64,000 bases of DNA from Escherichia coli (GTDB taxonomy: Bacteria > Pseudomonadota > Gammaproteobacteria > Enterobacterales > Enterobacteriaceae). Each line of letters opens with the position of its first letter. The stretch's first letter is position 1. Of the stretch, positions 45,928 to 53,057 are shown piece by piece. A model generated the notes under the pieces. That model ran no database searches, had not been told where the DNA came from, and saw nothing but the letters and a program-made list of their open reading frames with translations. Where the stretch lies: NCBI RefSeq assembly GCF_013315695.1, contig NZ_CP054353.1, one strand, 5' to 3'. A program made the position numbers and the translations under genes.

Positions 45928-46614
45928 TCACTCCTTCTCTTCTTTTCCGTAGTGGAGTTGGCCAATTTTGATAAGAGGGCGTCCCTGAGATTTGCGGTGT
46001 AGATTGGTATCGCGCAGAGAATACACACAGCCACAATATTCCTGCTGATAGAATTTTTCGCGCTTGCTGATTTCAATCATACGGGACGAGCCGCCCTGCT
46101 TGCGCCAGTTATAATCCCAGTACACCATACCCGGATAATGCGCAACAGCTCGCCGCCCACACTCGTTAACCTGCTGCATATTTTTCCAGCGTGAAATGCC
46201 CAGTGAACTGCTGATCACACTGAAACCATTTTCAGCAGCGTACAACGCTGTCCGCTCAAAACGCATGTCAAAACACATGGTACAACGGATCCCCCTCTCA
46301 GGCTCCCATTCCATTCCTTTGGCACGTTCAAACCAGTTGTCGGTGTCGTAATCAGCATCGATAAACGGCACGCCGTGTTGTTCAGCAAAGCGAATATTTT
46401 CATCCTTACGAATTAAATACTCTTTCTGAGGATGAATGTTCGGGTTGTAGAAAAAGATGGTGTAGTCGATTCCCGAGGCCTGAAGCGCCTCCATCACTTC
46501 ACCGGAACATGGAGCACAGCAAGAGTGCAGTAGTAGTTTGTTTGCCCCGTTTGGGAGCTCCAATTTAGGCCGTTTGAAATCAGCAATAGTCATAAATATT
46601 TTTATTGGGGTCAT
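45928..46614 (-). CDS. QueH-like (DUF208) putative epoxyqueuosine reductase
   Basis: 228-aa ORF with [11 protein letters not shown] motif plus additional Cys clusters (CTMCFD, YCGC) recalled as QueH/DUF208 signature; not verified by search. Confidence 0.5.
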   Translation of the reverse strand: MTPIKIFMTIADFKRPKLELPNGANKLLLHSCCAPCSGEVMEALQASGIDYTIFFYNPNIHPQKEYLIRKDENIRFAEQHGVPFIDADYDTDNWFERAKGMEWEPERGIRCTMCFDMRFERTALYAAENGFSVISSSLGISRWKNMQQVNECGRRAVAHYPGMVYWDYNWRKQGGSSRMIEISKREKFYQQEYCGCVYSLRDTNLHRKSQGRPLIKIGQLHYGKEEKE

Positions 46615-46767
46615 GAAAATAGCACAGAGTGTAGCATCAGAGCAGGTCTATCGGGAATATATGTCTAAATCTGGTAATATCTGGTTTTGACGCAAAGCGG
46701 ACAACCACGCTGGCTCTACCCTGCGCCATGAAAATGTCAATTCACATCTGAACTAATGCTCTTTAAT

Positions 46768-47208
46768 CTAGTAACGTCTAAAATACCTAACATTTCCTTG
46801 ATAAAATGCCAGTACACGCTGCATAGCTTCGCTCTTCCGGCACTCGCGACAGATTATATTCAGGCGCCTGTCGTAGCGGCGTATTTCGCCGTCTGGTAAC
46901 GACCAGATAAGGTCCGGATCAACCACTGCAGGTTTCTTCACCTTTGCCCTTGAGAGTTTTTTGCGAGCATTTTGCCAGTCCTTACGCGCCTGTTCAGACG
47001 GGAATAACCCGTAACCAGAGTTGTATACATCGCCACTGGCAACCAGCTCTCTGGCGAGAACACTCATCAGATATCTTGTCGCACCTGTCCTGGCTTCCAG
47101 TTGCCGCAACGTCTCGCGACCGCTCAGACGTACAAGTTCAACAACCTGCCCTTTAATTTTTTCCCGCTCTTCTTGTGTAAATACTTTTGCCATAAGCGCC
47201 TCCGGCAA
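46768..47208 (-). CDS. hypothetical phage protein
   Basis: 146-aa ORF in replication/nin region. Confidence 0.5.
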   Translation of the reverse strand: MPEALMAKVFTQEEREKIKGQVVELVRLSGRETLRQLEARTGATRYLMSVLARELVASGDVYNSGYGLFPSEQARKDWQNARKKLSRAKVKKPAVVDPDLIWSLPDGEIRRYDRRLNIICRECRKSEAMQRVLAFYQGNVRYFRRY

Positions 47209-47979
47209 TCACTTTTCCGATACAACACGGCGGGAAGAATCAGTAATCTGTCGAACAATATCCCGGTGCTTGTTCAGCTCCCGCAGCGCGGCGCAGACTC
47301 GCTCCCACTTCTGAACATCACTTTTCGCCCTGCGCAGCGCCAGGTTTGCCCTGCGAAGGGACGGAAAAATCAGCTCATCTGCTTGCGTTTCGGTAAACGA
47401 TGGCAACGGCTGCACAATGTCCGCCACAGTTTCTGTTTTAATTTCTTCCTGTGTTGCGGCTTCCCGGACTGGTAACGCAGCACCTGCTGGCTGAGGAAAG
47501 GCCTTACCATCACTTTCCGTTACCAGCGCGGCTTTCGGCTCTGCTGGTAAATTATCGCCCGGCATGCAGTAACGAAATTTACCGTTCTGATTAACGCGTG
47601 CCAGCCGCCCCGTTGCGGTTACCACCGCCAGCGTGGAAGCAACCTTGCGAGTACTGACACCGAACTTACCCGCCAGTTCCTCACACGTTTTAGCCCCATC
47701 CTGACCGATAAACTCAATCATCATGTCTGCGGTAACTTTTTGTTCGACCTCCCCGGTCAGCATATCCTGTGCTTCAGATTTTACTGGCCGCTCTTCGGTT
47801 ACCCGGGATTCACCTTCGCCAGCCAGAAACCAGGTGTGACCAGTTTTATCAACGACGCCTTTTCTTTTGAGTTCCCACAGCTCGTTGACAGCCTCTTCAC
47901 GACTGATTCCAAGGCGAGCTGCCACCACATGTGAAGAGGCTTTTTTCAGTGCTTTCAGTGCGTCAGATACGGTTTCCAT
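47209..47979 (-). CDS. hypothetical phage protein with putative winged-helix segment
   Basis: 256-aa ORF immediately downstream of DnaC-like gene. Confidence 0.5.
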   Translation of the reverse strand: METVSDALKALKKASSHVVAARLGISREEAVNELWELKRKGVVDKTGHTWFLAGEGESRVTEERPVKSEAQDMLTGEVEQKVTADMMIEFIGQDGAKTCEELAGKFGVSTRKVASTLAVVTATGRLARVNQNGKFRYCMPGDNLPAEPKAALVTESDGKAFPQPAGAALPVREAATQEEIKTETVADIVQPLPSFTETQADELIFPSLRRANLALRRAKSDVQKWERVCAALRELNKHRDIVRQITDSSRRVVSEK

Positions 47980-48000
47980 TAAAATTTCCTCCGGACAAAA

Positions 48001-48747
48001 TTACTTCACAACCCTCATATTGCTGACATTTGGACGCCAGCTATCCCAGTTAAACGTCACCCATCGACCACCGTTCATGGTCATGCGGTCCATAATCCTC
48101 TCACCAAGAAGCGTACTCATTGCGGCATGATTCAGGTTTGTTAACATCCCGACACTGCACAGTGATGCTGTCCGGCGATCAATTATCTGGTGCAATACCA
48201 CCTGCTCGTTTTTCGTCTCCCGCTGAACGCCTATTTCATCCAGGACCAGCAAATCAACCCCGCAAAGCTCCTGTAAAAATTTTTCCCCGGATTTGCCGTT
48301 GTCGTAGCTGTCATGCAACACGCTCATGACGTCAGACACGGTGACGATAATCACGCTGCGCCCCTTCACCATCAGCCGGTTGCCCATCGCCGCTGCAAGG
48401 TGATTTTTCCCGGTGCCGGTTTTACCGCTGAACACAAAATTCGTGCACCCGGTCATCAGTTCGTCAGCTATGGATTTGGCCTGGCTCAGCGCGTATTTTT
48501 GCCCGTCGTTCTGCACCTGATAATTTGCAAACGAGCATTTGCTGTGCAGAGGCTGGATGCCCGAACGATTCAGGATTTTTTCCACCCGCAACTGGCGATT
48601 CTGGCGGTTAATCTCCTCGCTGCGTTTTCGTCCTTCAGCAAGTTGCCATTCCCGCCACTCCTCCACCGTCCGGTACGGTGGAACCGACCCCTGTGGTGCA
48701 AGTCTGCGAATACGTTCAAGACCCCCAACTGCCGCAATGTTTTTCAT
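48001..48747 (-). CDS. DnaC/IstB-like replication ATPase (helicase loader)
   Basis: 248-aa ORF with Walker A GKTGTGKNHLAAA and Walker B LLVLDEIG. Confidence 0.85.
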   Translation of the reverse strand: MKNIAAVGGLERIRRLAPQGSVPPYRTVEEWREWQLAEGRKRSEEINRQNRQLRVEKILNRSGIQPLHSKCSFANYQVQNDGQKYALSQAKSIADELMTGCTNFVFSGKTGTGKNHLAAAMGNRLMVKGRSVIIVTVSDVMSVLHDSYDNGKSGEKFLQELCGVDLLVLDEIGVQRETKNEQVVLHQIIDRRTASLCSVGMLTNLNHAAMSTLLGERIMDRMTMNGGRWVTFNWDSWRPNVSNMRVVK

Positions 48748-48753
48748 GACACG

Positions 48754-49731
48754 TCACCCCCTGAATCCCGGCGGTATTTCAGTGTCCGGTTCAGAAATGT
48801 GATTCACGCAACGCTGCGCAGGCGAACGCCCCAGGCGGATAACCAGTTCATCCCATTTTTCCCGGAGTTTTGCCGGACTCATGATGTTTTTTACCCAGAA
48901 CGAATCCCGCTGGAGACGCCCAAACATTTCACAAATTTGTCTGTGAGTTCTGCCATCCAGCATCCGCATTGTGCGAACGTCATTGGCCCATGCTGTCCAG
49001 TTGGGTTCTTTCGGTCTAGTGATCTCGCCATCATAGCTGGCCGCCTGCTCGTAAAGACTCACGATTCGTCCCCAGATCCACTGTGCGCACACCAAATCTT
49101 CCTGACTTCCCCACTGGCGTTTTTTCGCACTGAACACAACCGCGTCAGGGTGTCGGGTTAAAAAATCCTGTTCAGCCGTCTGCGGGTCCGGTTGCGAAGC
49201 GTCCGGACAAGAAGATCTTTTATCTGACGGATCAGGTTTTAATACTGACGGATCGGGGTCAATCATCGCCCCCCTAATCGGCAGTTTTTTATCAACAGTT
49301 GATCCATCAAAATTTGACGGGTCAACCGTTGAGGGGTCAATATTTGACGGGTCAACTGTTAACGGGTCATTTTTTGCCGGGCTAATTTTTCTTTTCGGTT
49401 TATATGACTCACGCGCCGCCGCCGCAGCTGCTTCGAGTTTTTCCACATTAAGCCGATAGATATTGCTTACATTACGCCCACCGACCTTACGCTCTTCCTT
49501 CGTCAGCCAGCCCTCTTTCGCCAGTTCTGCAATAGCCGATTTCACTGTGGATTCACTTCTTGCACCGATCTGACGCCGGATAGTTTCAATGGCAGGCCAT
49601 GACACGCCCTCGTCATTGCTGTAGTCTGCAAGACGGGCCATAACCGCCACCCTGGATAAGATCATGCCGGTGAAGGCGCACCCTTCCCAGACAAGACCAT
49701 GAAGCTTGCTGCTCATAAAACCCCCGAACAC
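48754..49731 (-). CDS. replication initiator (lambda O / YdaU-like) with internal origin iterons
   Basis: 325-aa ORF; N-terminal HTH region; repeated DPSNIDPSTVDPSNFDGSTVD peptide encoded by DNA iterons. Confidence 0.75.
   Translation of the reverse strand: MFGGFMSSKLHGLVWEGCAFTGMILSRVAVMARLADYSNDEGVSWPAIETIRRQIGARSESTVKSAIAELAKEGWLTKEERKVGGRNVSNIYRLNVEKLEAAAAAARESYKPKRKISPAKNDPLTVDPSNIDPSTVDPSNFDGSTVDKKLPIRGAMIDPDPSVLKPDPSDKRSSCPDASQPDPQTAEQDFLTRHPDAVVFSAKKRQWGSQEDLVCAQWIWGRIVSLYEQAASYDGEITRPKEPNWTAWANDVRTMRMLDGRTHRQICEMFGRLQRDSFWVKNIMSPAKLREKWDELVIRLGRSPAQRCVNHISEPDTEIPPGFRG
49299..49373. repeat. origin-like iterons (five ~15-bp direct repeats, ttgacgggtcaac-type) inside the O-like gene
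   Basis: ttgatccatcaaaat / ttgacgggtcaaccg / ttgaggggtcaatat / ttgacgggtcaactg / ttaacgggtcatttt. Confidence 0.7.
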
Positions 49732-49738
49732 CGTGCTT

Positions 49739-50164
49739 TTAGTGCATCACCACAGCATTCCCTGCCGGGCCGCCGCGATTCATCTGGTCATACAAAACAA
49801 CCGCTGACGCAACAAAATCATCGACATCCTTCACCAGCCGATCCCTCCGTTCGACGATCTCACGGTAATATTCAGAACTGTGGCTGCGCATACGGGCCAC
49901 CAGCAAAGGCGGCATCGCCTTTTCGATCGCCGGTAACAGAGCCTGCATTTTTTCAACAGCATCAGGGGGGGCTTTCTCTACCCAGCGGAAAATTTTCTGG
50001 GTATTGCGAGCCAGGGCTTCCGGATGGCTGTCGTCATACAGTTCCGGGAACGTCATACCCAACTCAAAATAAGCCTGGGTTATTCCAGCTGCTGGAACTT
50101 TTTCGCCATCAGGACGCGCCCAGGCATTCATCGCCATGCGGATGTGTTCATGCTTGATTTTCAT
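49739..50164 (-). CDS. YdaT-like protein (cII-position gene)
   Basis: 141-aa ORF beginning MKIKHEHI…, as remembered for Rac YdaT. Confidence 0.65.
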   Translation of the reverse strand: MKIKHEHIRMAMNAWARPDGEKVPAAGITQAYFELGMTFPELYDDSHPEALARNTQKIFRWVEKAPPDAVEKMQALLPAIEKAMPPLLVARMRSHSSEYYREIVERRDRLVKDVDDFVASAVVLYDQMNRGGPAGNAVVMH

Positions 50165-50429
50165 GAATCAAGCTCCTAGAAAGTGGTTGTGTTAACGTTT
50201 TGGTATCTTCCAGCTCGGGCCAAATATTCATCCAATCAAAAGGCCTTAGTTGCTGACGTGTAACTTCACCATTACTGGCTCGCTCAATAAGGACACATAA
50301 CGATGCCCCTAACACTTGACCTTTACTCAATGCCTTTCTTAGATAACCGATGCTGGTACCACACTCGCATGCAAACATACGCTGTTCATCTGACGAAAGA
50401 GAATTGAGAAATATTCTTAATTCTTCCAT
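50148..50429 (-). CDS. Cro-like/YdaS-family HTH regulator
   Basis: 93-aa ORF with HTH (ECGTSIGYLRKALSKGQ) and YdaS-like C-terminus (QQLRPFDWMNIWPEL); divergent from repressor gene. Confidence 0.7.
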   Translation of the reverse strand: MEELRIFLNSLSSDEQRMFACECGTSIGYLRKALSKGQVLGASLCVLIERASNGEVTRQQLRPFDWMNIWPELEDTKTLTQPLSRSLIHENQA

Positions 50430-50456
50430 AGCTACTCCTTAGTAAACACAGCAAAG

Positions 50457-50493
50457 AATACCCACAGGTAAACAAAAGCCAATACCCACAGGT
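50457..50493. promoter_or_regulatory. right operator region (two aatacccacaggt sites within gtaaacaa/ttgtttac inverted repeat)
   Basis: Repeated 13-mers at 50457..50469 and 50481..50493 in the 100-bp divergent intergenic region. Confidence 0.6.
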
Positions 50494-50529
50494 TGTTTAC
50501 CTTGCGGTAATCGCATCTATTATTTACCT

Positions 50530-50949
50530 ATGGACAAATATGAATTTAGACGACAGCAACTCATCAAAATTCGTGATGAGAAATGCGATGGTAAAGCGGT
50601 TAACGTGGCCAGAAAGATCGGGCGCGAGCCTTCTTATGTATCAAGAATGTTGTACCCAGAGGGGAAAAAGGGAAAAAAACGGATCGCTGATGATATGGTG
50701 GAGATTATCGAAGAGTCCTTTGGGTTACCCCGGGGATGGATGGATGGTATCGTTTCATCATCAACGAACACAGCCTCCAGTTATGAAACAAGGGTTCTAA
50801 CGCCACGACAACGTATTTTTTTAGATCTCTTAGACGAACTGCCAGAAAGTGAAGCGGATAAATTATTAAAAACTCTTGAAGAGAAAAAACAGTATTACAA
50901 TATGATCTACGAAGAAATCCGTAAAAAGAAAGCACAAAACGCATCATAG
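50530..50949 (+). CDS. prophage repressor, RacR-like (HTH, no S24 peptidase domain)
   Basis: 139-aa ORF with HTH (AVNVARKIGREPSYVSRMLY); divergent from cro-like gene. Confidence 0.7.
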   Translation: MDKYEFRRQQLIKIRDEKCDGKAVNVARKIGREPSYVSRMLYPEGKKGKKRIADDMVEIIEESFGLPRGWMDGIVSSSTNTASSYETRVLTPRQRIFLDLLDELPESEADKLLKTLEEKKQYYNMIYEEIRKKKAQNAS

Positions 50950-50989
50950 CTCACCAAACAACTAGTCACCAGTTAAGACACCGCAAAAT

Positions 50990-51028
50990 TTACCCATGGG
51001 TATTTACTTTTTAAATACCTATGGGTAT
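50990..51028. promoter_or_regulatory. left operator-like palindromes (tacccatgggta, atacctatgggtat)
   Basis: Palindromes sharing the accca.(g)ggt core with the right operator, just upstream of the leftward early operon. Confidence 0.5.
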
Positions 51029-51213
51029 CCTTCTTTTCATACCAACCCACCCCGCCCCACAGAATGCAGGGCAATACTTCGAGTTACCAGGCAGTGGTCA
51101 GGGGTTAAGTAGCCAGCCCGAGGCGTAAGAACATGACGGCAGGGTTCAACTTTAATAACTATGCAGCAGGTTTTTGTTCCGCTACCCCGGCGTTAAGGGG
51201 AAATGAGGTCAGC

Positions 51214-51366
51214 ATGGATACTATCGATCTTGGCAACAGCGAATCTCTGGTATGTGGCGTGTTCCCCAACCAGGACGGTACGTTCACCGCGATGACGTAT
51301 ACCAGAAGCAAAACGTTTAAAACTGAAGCTGGCGCGCGTCGCTGGTTAACCAGAAACACTGACTGA
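51214..51366 (+). CDS. hypothetical small early protein (YdaF-like by position)
   Basis: 50-aa ORF MDTIDLGNSESLVCGVFPNQDGTFTAMTYTRSKTFKTEAGARRWLTRNTD with RBS; alternative start at 51133. Confidence 0.45.
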   Translation: MDTIDLGNSESLVCGVFPNQDGTFTAMTYTRSKTFKTEAGARRWLTRNTD

Positions 51367-51779
51367 TGAGGTTGACGATGGAATTTAAAGATTTACCAGT
51401 ACCATTCCAGGAAATGGCATCGAATGTGGTTCGCTCTCAACTGGCGACTCTTGACCTGAGTACCGTAGAAAAGGAAACCATCGATACTATATCCGGTAAC
51501 GTGCGTCGTGCCTTTATAGGTCTGTATGAAGAGAAGCGCCTATTCGGCGGACAGAATTCGCCTGAAAACAAGAATCAAGCAAATGATGAGAAGCTGAAAC
51601 ACATTATCGCCTTACTTTTGGAAGACGCAAAACGTCTACAGCAACTGGAACCAAATGCAGGCACAGAGGCCCGCATTTGGATTGCCATGAAATCACTCAA
51701 ATGTGAAAGCAGTGATTATTTCAAAACAACAATTAAAACTACTCAACTTTCGGGAGAGCTACTGAAGAAATTGCCATAA
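51366..51779 (+). CDS. hypothetical early protein
   Basis: 137-aa ORF whose start overlaps the previous stop. Confidence 0.5.
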   Translation: MRLTMEFKDLPVPFQEMASNVVRSQLATLDLSTVEKETIDTISGNVRRAFIGLYEEKRLFGGQNSPENKNQANDEKLKHIIALLLEDAKRLQQLEPNAGTEARIWIAMKSLKCESSDYFKTTIKTTQLSGELLKKLP

Positions 51780-52056
51780 GAGCATGGTCTTTCTCTTGTT
51801 CTGCAAGATGAGCATTAATACCTGGTATGGTTTTTTCAAATTTATCTATCTGTTGAATAACAACTTCGCGGTATACGTTTGTTTTTGTACCACCAAGCGC
51901 AGCCGTTAATGCAGAAAGCATATTTAGTATCATATCAGTGCGATATGAAAGAATCCTGATAGCTTCATCTTGTTCTTCAATAATAGATTGCAGGGCCTCA
52001 ATTTGCTTTTTATCCATTTCACCCTCCTGAGGGTTGGTAATTAAGGAGTTCTCCAC
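51739..52056 (-). CDS. hypothetical protein, opposite orientation within early-left operon
   Basis: 105-aa ORF convergent with orf137; predicted coiled-coil-like composition. Confidence 0.4.
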   Translation of the reverse strand: MENSLITNPQEGEMDKKQIEALQSIIEEQDEAIRILSYRTDMILNMLSALTAALGGTKTNVYREVVIQQIDKFEKTIPGINAHLAEQEKDHALMAISSVALPKVE

Positions 52057-52588
52057 GGGTCAGGTGGAGTGCGTGCGCCGGACACGGGTGAGCATCCGGC
52101 ACTGACAGCTTACTGAAAGGATATGTCCCTGAAAAGTCAGGGCATAACGCGAAAGCGCACGGCGAAATTGGTCTCTCTGTACGGTGTCGTTAAATTTAGT
52201 TCGACCGTGCGCTTCCGGTTGTGGCACTCCGCGAAATGGCGCGGCGGTAAGTATGGCTGGGGTTTCCTCCATTGCTCCAGAAAATGCACCGGGTTGTCAG
52301 GTTGACCATACGCTTAAGTGACAACCCCGCTACAACGCCCTCTGTTATCAATTTTCTGGTGACATTTGGCGGTATCAGTTTTACTCCGTGACTGCTCTGC
52401 CGCCCTTTTTAAAGTGAATTTTGTGATGCGGTGAATGCGGCTATGCGCACGCGGAACAGTTAAAGCAGTAAGGCGGTATTTTACGGGCGTAACGAGCATC
52501 AACTAACCCGGCGTTAATTGTTAACTGGTTAACGTCACCTGGAGGCACCAGGCACTGCATCACAAAATTCATTGTTGAGGACGCGATA

Positions 52589-52777
52589 ATGGAAACGTTA
52601 TTACCAAACGTTAATACGTCTGAAGGTTGTTTTGATATTGGTGTTCTGCTCAGTAACCGGGAGTTTACTGAAGATGCCATTAATATGAGGAAATATGAGC
52701 CTTATCTGCTCAATGATAATTCCATACTTTCCCGAATTGCTCTTCTTGAACTTGGTATTTTCGGAGAACGTCAATGA
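52589..52777 (+). CDS. hypothetical small protein
   Basis: 62-aa ORF with RBS; stop overlaps next start (ATGA). Confidence 0.45.
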   Translation: METLLPNVNTSEGCFDIGVLLSNREFTEDAINMRKYEPYLLNDNSILSRIALLELGIFGERQ

Positions 52778-52962
52778 CTTCAGCATTTGCACTGATGATG
52801 ACGGTTTTTCTTATAACGGGTGAATCACAGAATGTGATTACCGGAATTTATGCAAGTAAAGAATCCTGCCTCCAGGCAAGAGACGAGCAAAAAATTTCTG
52901 GTGAATGCCTCCCGCTAAAAAAAGTATCGCTGTACCTGAATAACGAAACACCGGCTGGATAA
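52774..52962 (+). CDS. hypothetical small protein with N-terminal hydrophobic segment
   Basis: 62-aa ORF MTSAFALMMTVFLITGESQ…, translationally coupled to previous ORF. Confidence 0.45.
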   Translation: MTSAFALMMTVFLITGESQNVITGIYASKESCLQARDEQKISGECLPLKKVSLYLNNETPAG

Positions 52963-53057
52963 CCCTCCAGCCATATTAACACCATACCAACGGATTAAAA
53001 ATGCCAGCAATGGCAGGGATTCGTTCACCCTGAAATCTGTAATGAGGTTAAAACAAA

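Noticed and set aside
48313-49161. 282-aa ORF on the plus strand
   Set aside because: Entirely antisense to the O-like and DnaC-like replication genes, with no RBS; its length is a by-product of GC-rich coding DNA on the other strand.
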